From: Balanoglossus misakiensis
Lineage: Eukaryota > Animalia > Hemichordata
Assembly (NCBI GenBank): GCA_040954595.2
Contig: CM082579.2
Location: forward strand, 14,261,834-14,325,833
Reading direction: 5' to 3'
DNA: 64,000 bases
The notes beneath the pieces were generated by a model that saw only the letters and a list, made by a program, of their open reading frames with translations, was not told where the DNA came from and made no database searches. Position numbers and translations under genes: made by a program. Of the stretch, positions 33,901 to 46,800 are shown in pieces (within the stretch, counting starts at the first letter, position 1; every line of letters starts with the position of its first letter).

Positions 33901-34827
33901 TTTGTCGATTTTGAAAAAAGTATGGGTTCGTCGATTTTTAAAAAAAATCATGGGTGAAAATCATCAAAAAATGACAAATTTTCGACTTTGCAAGAACTTC
34001 GAGATTTTCGTCGATTTTTGAAAAAAAAAAATCGTGGGGGGGGGGGAAATCATAAAAAAATGACAAATTTTCGACTTTGCAAAATCTCAAAATATCGTCG
34101 ATTTTGGAAAAAAAAAACATGGGTTCGTCGAAAAAAAAACATGGGTGAAAATCATCAAAAAATGACAAATTTTCGACTTTGCAAAATCTCAAAAGTCCGT
34201 CGATTTTGAAAAAAAACATGGGTGAAAATCTTCAAAAAATGACAAATTTTCGAGTTTGCAAAAACTCAAAATTTCGTCGATTTTTGAAAAAAAATGGGTG
34301 AAAATCATCAAAAATGACAAAGTTTCGACTTTGCAAAATCTCAAAATTTCATCGATTTCTGAAAAAAATCATAGGGGAAAATCATCAAAAAATGACAAAT
34401 TTTCGACTGCACAATCTTAAAATTTCGTCAATTTTTGAAAAAAAATCATGGGTAAAAATCATCAATAAATGAAAAATTTTCGACTTTGCAAAATCTCAAA
34501 ATTTCGTCGATTTTTGAAAAAAATCATGGGTGAAAATCATCAAAAAATGACAAATTTTCGACTTTGCAAAATTTTCAAAAATTCGTTGATTTTTGAAAAA
34601 AAAATGGGTTATAGCTTATGAAAATCATCAACAAATGACAAATTTTCGACTTTGCAAAATCTCAAAATTTCGTCGATTTTGAAAAAAATCATGGTTTCGT
34701 CGATTTTTGAAAAAAAACATGGGTGAAAATCTTCAAAAAATGACAAATTTTCGACTTTGCAAAAACTGAAAATTTCGTCGATTTTTGAAAAAAATAATGG
34801 GTGAAAATCATCAAAAAAGACAAAGTT
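25454..34827 (+). repeat. Second tandem duplication, 4,843-bp offset (25454-30296 and 30297-~34827)
   Basis: ORFs are offset by 4,843 (25582/30425, 25896/30739). The junction AAAGTT|TCTATCGAACAG is at ~30297. The second copy is ~313 bp (about 4 monomers) shorter. Confidence 0.93.
26324..30296. repeat. Satellite block 2 (reverse orientation to ~27895, then forward)
   Basis: Same monomer, with a strand switch at the hairpin 27875-27935 and an internal ~840-bp duplication (marker AAGAACTTCGAG at ~28620 and ~29459). Confidence 0.93.
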
Positions 34828-37800
34828 TTGACTTTGCAAAATCTCAAAATTTCGTCGATTTCTGAAAAAAATCATGGGTAAAATCGTCAAAAAAATGACA
34901 GATTTTCGACAGCAAAATCTTAAAATTTCGTCAATTTTTGAAAAAAAATCATGGGTAAAAATCATCAAAAATGACAAATTTTCGTCTTTGCAAAATCTCA
35001 AATTTTCGTCGATTTTTGAAAAAAAATCATGGTTTAAAATCATCAAAAAATGACAAAATTTTCGACTTTGTAAAATCACAAAATTTCGTCGATTTTGAAA
35101 AAAATCATAGGTTCGTCGATTTTAAAAAAAAAAACATGGGTGAAAATCATCAAAAAATGACAAATTTTGAAAAAAAAACGGGTGAAAATCATCAAAAAAT
35201 GACACATTTTCCTCTGCAAAATCTCGAAATTTCGTCGTTTTTTGAAAAAAAATCATTGGTGAAAATCATCAAAAAATGACAAATTTTCGTCTTTGCAAAA
35301 TCTCAAAATTTCGTCCATTTTTGAAAAAAAATCATGGGTAAAAATCATCGAAAATGACAAATTTTCGTCTTTGCAAAATCTCAAATTTTCGTCGATTTTT
35401 GAAAAAAATCATGGGGGAAAATCATGAAAAAATGACAAATTTTGAAAAAAAAAACTGGTGAAAATCATCAAAAAATGACACATTTACGACTTTGCAAAAT
35501 CTCAAAATTTCGTCGATTTTTGAAAAAAAATCATGGGTGAAAATCATCAAAAAATGACAAATTTTCGTCTTTGCAAAATCTCAAAATTTCGTCCATTTTT
35601 GAAAAAAAATCATGCGTAAAAATCATCAAAAATGACAAATTTTCGTCTTTGCAAAATCTCAAGTTTTCGTCGATTTTTGAAAAAAAATCATGGTTGAAAA
35701 TCATCAAAAAATGACAAAATTTTCGACTTTGTAAAATCACAAAATTTCGACGATTTTTTAAAAAAATCATGGGGGAAAATCATGAAAAAATGCCAAATTT
35801 TCCTCTTTGCAAAATCTCAAAATTTCGTCGATTTTTGAAAAAAAATCATGGGTGAAAATCATCAAAAAATGACAAATTTTCGTCTTTGCAAAATCTCAAA
35901 ATTTCGTCCATTTTTGAAAAAAAATCATGGGTAAAAATCATCAAAAATGACAAATTTTCGTCTTTGCAAAATCTCAAATTTTCGTCGATTTTTGAAAAAA
36001 AATCATGGTTGAAAATCATCAAAAAATGACAAAATTTTCGACTTTGTAAAATCACAAAATTTCGTCGATTTTGAAACAAATCATAGGTTCGTCGATTTTT
36101 TAAAAAAAAACATGGGTGAAAATCATCAAAAAATGACAAATTTTGAAAAAAAACGGGTGAAAATCGTCAAAAAATGACACATTTTCGTCGACTTTGCAAA
36201 ATCTCAAAATTTCGTCGATTTTTGAAAAAAATCACGGGGGAAAATCATGAAAAAAATGACAAATTTTCCTCTTTGCAAAATCTCAAAAGTTCGTCGATTT
36301 TTAAAAAAAGACATGGGTGAAAATCATCAAAAAATAACAAATTTTCGACTTTGCAAAATCTCAAAATTTCGTCCATTTTTGAAAAAAAATCATGGGTAAA
36401 AATCATCAAAAAATGACAAATTTTGAAAAAAAAACGGGTGAAAATCATCAAAAATGATACATTTTTGACTTTGCAAAATCTCAAAATTTCGTCGATTTTT
36501 GAAAAAAAATCATGGGTGAAAATCATCAAAAAATGACAAATTTTCGTCTTTGCAAAATCTCAAAATTTCGTCCATTTCTGAAAAAAAATTATGGGTAAAA
36601 ATCATCAAAAATGACAAATTTTCATCTATGCAAAATCTCAAATTTTCGTCGATTTTTGAAAAAAAATCATGGTTGAAGAATCATCAAAAAATGACAAAAT
36701 TTTCGACTTTGCAAAATCTCAAAATTTCGTCGATTTTTGAAAAAAATCATGGGGGAAAATCATGAAAAAATGACAAATTTTCGTCTTTGCAAAATCTCAA
36801 AATTTCGTCCATTTTTGAAAAAAATCATGGGTGAAAATCATCAAAAAATGACAAATTTTCGACTTTGCAAAATCTCAACATTTCGTCAATTTTTGAAAAA
36901 ATCATGGGTGAAAATCATCAAAAAATGACAAATTTTCGACTTTGCAAAATCTCAAAATTTCGTCGATTTTTGAAAAAAATCATGGGGCAAAATCATGAAA
37001 AAATGACAAATTTTCCTCTCTGCAAAATCTCAAAATTTCGTCGATTTTTGAAAAAAAATCATGGGTGAAAATCATCAAAAAATGACAAATTTTCGTCTTT
37101 GCAAAATCTCAAAATTTCGTCCATTTTTGAAAAAAAATCATGGGTAAAAATCATCAAAAATGACAAATTTTCGTCTTTGCAAAATCTCAAATTTTCGTCG
37201 ATTTTTGAAAAAAAATCATGGTTTAAAATCATCAAAAAATGACAAAATTTTCGACTTTGTAAAATCACAAAATTTCGTCGATTTTGAAAAAAATCATAGG
37301 TTCGTCGATTAAAAAAAAAAAAAACATGGGTGAAAATCATCAAAAAATGACAAATTTTGAAAAAAAAACGGGTGAAAATCATCAAAAAATGACACATTTT
37401 CCTCTGCAAAATCTCGAAATTTCGTCGTTTTTTGAAAAAAAATCATTGGTGAAAATCATCAAAAAATGACAAATTTTCGTCTTTGCAAAATCTCAAAATT
37501 TCGTCCATTTTTGAAAAAAAATCATGGGTAAAAATCATCGAAAATGACAAATTTTCGTCTTTGCAAAATCTCAAATTTTCGTCGATTTTTGAAAAAAATC
37601 ATGGGGGAAAATCATGAAAAAATGACAAATTTTGAAAAAAAAAACTGGTGAAAATCATCAAAAAATGACACATTTACGACTTTGCAAAATCTCAAAATTT
37701 CGTCGATTTTTGAAAAAAAATCATGGGTGAAAATCATCAAAAAATGACAAATTTTCGTCTTTGCAAAATCTCAAAATTTCGTCCATTTTTGAAAAAAAAT

Positions 37801-40800
37801 CATGGGTAAAAATCATCAAAAATGACAAATTTTCGTCTTTGCAAAATCTCAAGTTTTCGTCGATTTTTGAAAAAAAATCATGGTTGAAAATCATCAAAAA
37901 ATGACAAAATTTTCGACTTTGTAAAATCACAAAATTTCGTCGATTTTTTAAAAAAAATCATGGGGGAAAATCATGAAAAAATGCCAAATTTTCCTCTTTG
38001 CAAAATCTCAAAATTTCGTCGATTTTTGAAAAAAAATCATGGGTGAAAATCATCAAAAAATGACAAATTTTCGTCTTTGCAAAATCTCAAAATTTCGTCC
38101 ATTTTTGAAAAAAAATCATGGATAAAAATCATCAAAAATGACAAATTTTCGTCTTTGCAAAATCTCAAATTTTCGTCGATTTTTGAAAAAAAATCATGGT
38201 TGAAAATCATCAAAAAATGACAAAATTTTCGACTTTGTAAAATCACAAAATTTCGTCGATTTTGAAACAAATCATAGGTTCGTCGATTTTTAAAAAAAAA
38301 AACATGGGTGAAAATCATCAAAAAATGACAAATTTTGAAAAAAACCGGGTGAAAATCATCAAAAAATGACACATTTTCGTCGACTTTGCAAAATCTCAAA
38401 ATTTCGTCGATTTTTGAAAAAAATCATGGGGGAAAATCATGAAAAAATGACAAATTTTCCTCTTTGCAAAATCTCAAAATTTCGTCGATTTTTAAAAAAA
38501 GACATGGGTGAAAATCATCAAAAAATAACACATTTTCGACTTTGCAAAATCTCAAAATTTCGTCCATTTTTGAAAAAAAATCATGGGTAAAATTCATCAA
38601 AAAATGACAAATTTTCGTCTTTGCAAAATCTCACAATTTCGTCGATTTTTGAAAAAAATCATGTGTGAAAATCATCAAAAAATGACAAATTTTCGACTTT
38701 GGAAAATCTCAAAATTTCGTCAATTTTTGAAAAAAATCATGGGTGAAAATCATCAAAAAATGACAAATTTTCGTCTTTGCAAAATCTCAACATTTCGTCC
38801 ATTTTTGAAAAAAAATCATTGGTGAAAATCATCAAAAAATGACAAATTTTCGTCTTTGCAAAATCTCAAAATTTCGTCCATTTTTGAAAAAAAATCATGG
38901 GTAAAAATCATCAAAAATGACAAATTTTCGTCTTTGCAAAATCTCAAATTTTCGTCGATTTTTGAAAAAAATCATGGGGAAAATCATGAAAAAATGACAA
39001 ATTTTGAAAAAAAAACTGGTGAAAATCATCAAAAAATGACACATTTACGACTTTGCAAAATCTCAAAATTTCGTCGATTTTTGAAAAAAAATCATGGGTG
39101 AAAATCATCAAAAAATGACAAATTTTCGTCTTTGCAAAATCTCAAAATTTCGTCCATTTTTGAAAAAAAATCATGGGTAAAAATCATCAAAAATGACAAA
39201 TTTTCGTCTTTGCAAAATCTCAAACTTTCGTCCATTTTTAAAAAACAATCATGGGGGAAAATCATCAAAAAATGACAAATTTTCGATTTTGCAAAATCTC
39301 AAAATTTCGTCGATTTTTGAAAAAAAATGGGTGAAAATCATCAAAAAATGACACATTTTCGTCGACTTTGCAAAATCTCAAAATTTCGTCGATTTTTGAA
39401 AAAAAATCATGGGTGAAAATCATCAAAAAATGACAAAATTTTCGACTTTGTAAAATCACAAAATTTCGTCGATTTTTTAAAAAAAATCATGGGGGAAAAT
39501 CATGAAAAAATGCCAAATTTTCCTCTTTGCAAAATCTCAAAATTTCGTCGATTTTTGAAAAAAAATCATGGGTGAAAATCATCAAAAAATGACAAATTTT
39601 CGTCTTTGCAAAATCTCAAAATTTCGTCCATTTTTGAAAAAAAATCATGGATAAAAATCATCAAAAATGACAAATTTTCGTCTTTGCAAAATCTCAAATT
39701 TTCGTCGATTTTTGAAAAAAAATCATGGTTGAAAATCATCAAAAAATGACAAAATTTTCGACTTTGTAAAATCACAAAATTTCGTCGATTTTGAAACAAA
39801 TCATAGGTTCGTCGATTTTTAAAAAAAAAAACATGGGTGAAAATCATCAAAAAATGACAAATTTTGAAAAAAACCGGGTGAAAATCATCAAAAAATGACA
39901 CATTTTCGTCGACTTTGCAAAATCTCAAAATTTCGTCGATTTTTGAAAAAAATCATGGGGGAAAATCATGAAAAAATGACAAATTTTCCTCTTTGCAAAA
40001 TCTCAAAATTTCGTCGATTTTTAAAAAAAGACATGGGTGAAAATCATCAAAAAATAACACATTTTCGACTTTGCAAAATCTCAAAATTTCGTCCATTTTT
40101 GAAAAAAAATCATGGGTAAAATTCATCAAAAAATGACAAATTTTCGTCTTTGCAAAATCTCACAATTTCGTCGATTTTTGAAAAAAATCATGTGTGAAAA
40201 TCATCAAAAAATGACAAATTTTCGACTTTGGAAAATCTCAAAATTTCGTCAATTTTTGAAAAAAATCATGGGTGAAAATCATCAAAAAATGACAAATTTT
40301 CGTCTTTGCAAAATCTCAACATTTCGTCCATTTTTGAAAAAAAATCATTGGTGAAAATCATCAAAAAATGACAAATTTTCGTCTTTGCAAAATCTCAAAA
40401 TTTCGTCCATTTTTGAAAAAAAATCATGGGTAAAAATCATCAAAAATGACAAATTTTCGTCTTTGCAAAATCTCAAATTTTCGTCGATTTTTGAAAAAAA
40501 TCATGGGGAAAATCATGAAAAAATGACAAATTTTGAAAAAAAAACTGGTGAAAATCATCAAAAAATGACAAAATTTTCGACTTTGTAAAATCACAAAATT
40601 TCGTCGATTTTTTAAAAAAAATCATGGGGGAAAATCATGAAAAAATGCCAAATTTTCCTCTTTGCAAAATCTCAAAATTTCGTCGATTTTTGAAAAAAAA
40701 TCATGGGTGAAAATCATCAAAAAATGACAAATTTTCGTCTTTGCAAAATCTCAAAATTTCGTCCATTTTTGAAAAAAAATCATGGGTAAAAATCATCAAA

Positions 40801-43800
40801 AATGACAAATTTTCGTCTTTGCAAAATCTCAAATTTTCGTCGATCTTTGAAAAAAAATCATGGTTGAAAATCATCAAAAAATGACAAAATTTTCGACTTT
40901 GTAAAATCACAAAATTTCGTCGATTTGAAACAAATCATAGGTTCGTCGATTTTTTAAAAAAACATGGGTGAAAATCATCAAAAAATGACAAATTTTGAAA
41001 AAAACCGGGTGAAAATCATCAAAAAATGACACATTGTCGTCGACTTTGCAAAATCTCAAAATTTCGTCGATTTTTGAAAAAAATCATGGGGGAAAATCAT
41101 GAAAAAATGACAAATTTTCCTCTTTGCAAAATCTCAAAATTTCGTCGATTTTTAAAAAAAGACATGGGTGAAAATCATCAAAAAAATAACACATTTTCGA
41201 CTTTGCAAAATCTCAAAATTTCGTCCATTTTTGAAAAAAAATCATGGGTAAAATTCATCAAAAAATGACAAATTTTCGTCTTTGCAAAATCTCACAATTT
41301 CGTCGATTTTTGAAAAAAATCATGTGTGAAAATCATCAAAAAATGACAAATTTTCGACTTTGGAAAATCTCAAAATTTCGTCAATTTTTGAAAAAAAATC
41401 ATGGGTGAAAATCATCAAAAAATGACAAATTTTCGTCTTTGCAAAATCTCAACATTTCGTCCATTTTTGAAAAAAAATCATTGGTGAAAATCATCAAAAA
41501 ATGACAAATTTTCGTCTTTGCAAAATCTCAAAATTTCGTCCATTTTTGAAAAAAAATCATGGGTAAAAATCATCAAAAATGACAAATTTTCGTCTTTGCA
41601 AAATCTCAAATTTTCGTTGATTTTTGAAAAAAATCATGGGGAAAATCATGAAAAAATGACAAATTTGAAAAAAAAACGGTGAAAATCATCAAAAAATGAC
41701 ACATTTACGACTTTGCAAAATCTCAAAATTTCGTCGATTTTTGAAAAAAAATCATGGGTGAAAATCATCAAAAAATGACAAATTTTCCTCTTTGCAAAAT
41801 CTATAAATTTCGTCGATTTTTGAAAAAATTTTCAACTTTGCAAAATCTCAAAATTTCGTCGATTTTTGAAAAAAAATCATGGGGGAAAATCATCAAAAAA
41901 TGACAAATTTTCGACTGCAAAATCTCAAAATTTCGTCGATTTTTGAAATAAATCATTGTTGAAAATTATCAAAAAATGACAAATTTTCCTCTTTACAAAA
42001 TCACAAAATTTCGTCGATTTTTTGAAAAAAGACGGGTGAAAATCATCAAAAAATGACAAATTTTCGTCTTTGCAAAATCTCAAAATTTCGTCCATTTCTG
42101 AAAAAAAATTATGGGTAAAAATCATCAAAAATGACAAATTTTCATCTATGCAAAATCTCAAATTTTCGTCGATTTTTGAAAAAAAATCATGGTTGAAGAA
42201 TCATCAAAAAATGACAAAATTTTCAACTTTGCAAAATCTCAAAATTTCGTCGATTTTTTGAAAAAAATCATGGGGGAAAATCATGAAAAAATGACAAATT
42301 TTCGTCTTTGCAAAATCTCAAAATTTCGTCCATTTTTGAAAAAAATCATGGGTGAAAATCATCAAAAAATGACAAATTTTCGACTTTGCAAAATCTCAAC
42401 ATTTCGTCAATTTTTGAAAAAATCATGGGTGAAAATCATCAAAAAATGACAAATTTCGACTTTGCAAAATCTCAAATTTCGTCGATTTTTGAAAAAAATC
42501 ATGGGGCAAAATCATGAAAAAATGACAAATTTTCCTCTCTGCAAAATCTCAAAAATTTCGTCGATTTTTGAAAAAAAATCATGGGTGAAAATCATCAAAA
42601 AAATGACAAATTTTCGTCTTTGCAAAATCTCAAAATTTCGTCCATTTTTGAAAAAAAATCATGGGTAAAAATCATCAAAAATGACAAATTTTCGTCTTTG
42701 CAAAATCTCAAATTTTCGTCGATTTTTGAAAAAAAATCATGGTTTAAAATCATCAAAAAATGACAAAATTTTCGACTTTGTAAAATCACAAAATTTCGTC
42801 GATTTTGAAAAAAATCATAGGTTCGTCGATTTTAAAAAAAAAACATGGGTGAAAATCATCAAAAAATGACAAATTTTGAAAAAAAAACGGGTGAAAATCA
42901 TCAAAAAATGACACATTTTCCTCTGCAAAATCTCGAAATTTCGTCGTTTTTTGAAAAAAAATCATTGGTGAAAATCATCAAAAAATGACAAATTTTCGTC
43001 TTTGCAAAATCTCAAAATTTCGTCCATTTTTTGAAAAAAAATCATGGGTAAAAATCATCGAAAATGACAAATTTTCGTCTTTGCAAAATCTCAAATTTTC
43101 GTCGATTTTTGAAAAAAATCATGGGGAAAATCATGAAAAAATGACAAATTTTGAAAAAAAAAACTGGTGAAAATCATCAAAAAATGACACATTTACGACT
43201 TTGCAAAATCTCAAAATTTCGTCGATTTTTGAAAAAAAATCATGGGTGAAAATCATCAAAAAATGACAAATTTTCGTCTTTGCAAAATCTCAAAATTTCG
43301 TCCATTTTTGAAAAAAAATCATGCGTAAAAATCATCAAAAATGACAAATTTTCGTCTTTGCAAAATCTCAAGTTTTCGTCGATTTTTTGAAAAAAAATCA
43401 TGGTTGAAAATCATCAAAAAATGACAAAATTTTCGACTTTGTAAAATCACAAAATTTCGACGATTTTTTAAAAAAATCATGGGGGAAAATCATGAAAAAA
43501 TGCCAAATTTTCCTCTTTGCAAAATCTCAAAATTTCGTCGATTTTTGAAAAAAAATCAGGGTGAAAATCATCAAAAAATGACAAATTTTCGTCTTTGCAA
43601 AATCTCAAAATTTCGTCCATTTTTGAAAAAAATCATGGGTAAAAATCATCAAAAATGACAAATTTTCGTCTTTGCAAATCTCAAATTTTCGTCGATTTTT
43701 GAAAAAAAATCATGGTTGAAAATCATCAAAAAATGACAAAATTTTCGACTTTGTAAAATCACAAAATTTCGTCGATTTTGAAACAAATCATAGGTTCGTC

Positions 43801-46800
43801 GATTTTTTAAAAAAAAAACATGGGTGAAAATCATCAAAAAATGACAAATTTTGAAAAAAACCGGGTGAAAATCGTCAAAAAATGACACATTTTCGTCGAC
43901 TTTGCAAAATCTCAAAATTTCGTCGATTTTTGAAAAAAATCACGGGGGAAAATCATGAAAAAAATGACAAATTTTCCTCTTTGCAAAATCTCAAAAGTTC
44001 GTCGATTTTTAAAAAAAGACATGGGTGAAAATCATCAAAAAATAACAAATTTTCGACTTTGCAAAATCTCAAAATTTCGTCCATTTTTGAAAAAAAATCA
44101 TGGGTAAAAATCATCAAAAAATGACAAATTTTGAAAAAAAAACGGGTGAAAATCATCAAAAATGATACATTTTTGACTTTGCAAAATCTCAAAATTTCGT
44201 CGATTTTTGAAAAAAAATCATGGGTGAAAATCATCAAAAAATGACAAATTTTCGTCTTTGCAAAATCTCAAAATTTCGTCCATTTCTGAAAAAAAATTAT
44301 GGGTAAAAATCATCAAAAATGACAAATTTTCATCTATGCAAAATCTCAAATTTTCGTCGATTTTTGAAAAAAAATCATGGTTGAAGAATCATCAAAAAAT
44401 GACAAAATTTTCGACTTTGCAAAATCTCAAAATTTCGTCGATTTTTGAAAAAAATCATGGGGGAAAATCATGAAAAAATGACAAATTTTCGTCTTTGCAA
44501 AATCTCAAAATTTCGTCCATTTTTGAAAAAAATCATGGGTGAAAATCATCAAAAAATGACAAATTTTCGACTTTGCAAAATCTCAACATTTCGTCAATTT
44601 TTGAAAAAATCATGGGTGAAAATCATCAAAAAATGACAAATTTTCGACTTTGCAAAATCTCAAAATTTCGTCGATTTTTGAAAAAAATCATGGGGCAAAA
44701 TCATGAAAAAATGACAAATTTTCCTCTCTGCAAAATCTCAAAATTTCGTCGATTTTTGAAAAAAAATCATGGGTGAAAATCATCAAAAAATGACAAATTT
44801 TCGTCTTTGCAAAATCTCAAATTTCGTCCATTTTTGAAAAAAAATCATGGGTAAAAATCATCAAAAATGACAAATTTTCGTCTTTGCAAAATCTCAAATT
44901 TTCGTCGATTTTTGAAAAAAAATCATGGTTTAAAATCATCAAAAAATGACAAAATTTTTCGACTTTGTAAAATCACAAAAATTTCGTCGATTTTGAAAAA
45001 AATCATAGGTTCGTCGATTAAAAAAAAAAAAACATGGGTGAAAATCATCAAAAAATGACAAATTTTGAAAAAAAAACGGGTGAAAATCATCAAAAAATGA
45101 CACATTTTCTCTGCAAAATCTCGAAATTTCGTCGTTTTTTGAAAAAAAATCATTGGTGAAAATCATCAAAAAATGACAAATTTTCGTCTTTGCAAAATCT
45201 CAAAATTTCGTCCATTTTTGAAAAAAAATCATGGGTAAAAATCATCGAAAATGACAAATTTTCGTCTTTGCAAAATCTCAAATTTTCGTCGATTTTTGAA
45301 AAAAATCATGGGGGAAAATCATGAAAAAATGACAAATTTTGAAAAAAAAAACTGGTGAAAATCATCAAAAAATGACACATTTACGACTTTGCAAAATCTC
45401 AAAATTTCGTCGATTTTTGAAAAAAATCATGGGTGAAAATCATCAAAAAATGACAAATTTTCGTCTTTGCAAAATCTCAAAATTTCGTCCATTTTTGAAA
45501 AAAAATCATGGGTAAAAATCATCAAAAATGACAAATTTTCGTCTTTGCAAAATCTCAAGTTTTCGTCGATTTTTGAAAAAAAATCATGGTTGAAAATCAT
45601 CAAAAAATGACAAAATTTTCGACTTTGTAAAATCACAAAATTTCGTCGATTTTTTAAAAAAAATCATGGGGGAAAATCATGAAAAAATGCCAAATTTTCC
45701 TCTTTGCAAAATCTCAAAATTTCGTCGATTTTTGAAAAAAAATCATGGTTGAAAATCATCAAAAAATGACAAATTTTCGTCTTTGCAAAATCTCAACATT
45801 TCGTCGATTTTGAAACAAATCATAGGTTCGTCGATTTTTTAAAAAAAAAACATGGGTGAAAATCATCAAAAAATGACAAATTTTGAAAAAAACCGGGTGA
45901 AAATCATCAAAAAATGACACATTTTCGTCGACTTTGCAAAATCTCAAAATTTCGTCGATTTTTGAAAAAAATCATGGGGGAAAATCATGAAAAAATGACA
46001 AATTTTCGTCTTTGCAAAATCTCAAAATTTCGTCCATTTCTGAAAAAAAATTATGGGTAAAAATCATCAAAAATGACAAATTTTCATCTATGCAAAATCT
46101 CAAATTTTCGTCGATTTTTTGAAAAAAAAATCATGGTTGAAGAATCATCAAAAAATGACAAAATTTTCGACTTTGCAAAATCTCAAAATTTCGTCGATTT
46201 TTGAAAAAAATCATGGGGGAAAATCATGAAAAAATGACAAATTTTCGTCTTTGCAAAATCTCAAAATTTCGTCCATTTTTGAAAAAAATCATGGGTGAAA
46301 ATCATCAAAAAATGACAAATTTTCGACTTTGCAAAATCTCAACATTTCGTCAATTTTGAAAAAATCATGGGTGAAAATCATCAAAAAATGACAAATTTTC
46401 GACTTTGCAAAATCTCAAAATTTCGTCGATTTTTGAAAAAAATCATGGGGCAAAATCATGAAAAAATGACAAATTTTCCTCTCTGCAAAATCTCAAAATT
46501 TCGTCGATTTTTGAAAAAAAATCATGGGTGAAAATCATCAAAAAATGACAAATTTTCGTCTTTGCAAAATCTCAAAATTTCGTCCATTTTTGAAAAAAAA
46601 TCATGGGTAAAAATCATCAAAAATGACAAATTTTCGTCTTTGCAAAATCTCAAATTTTCGTCGATTTTTGAAAAAAAAATCATGGTTTAAAATCATCAAA
46701 AAATGACAAAATTTTCGACTTTGTAAAATCACAAAATTTCGTCGATTTTGAAAAAATCATAGGTTCGTCGATTTAAAAAAAAAAAACATGGGTGAAAATC

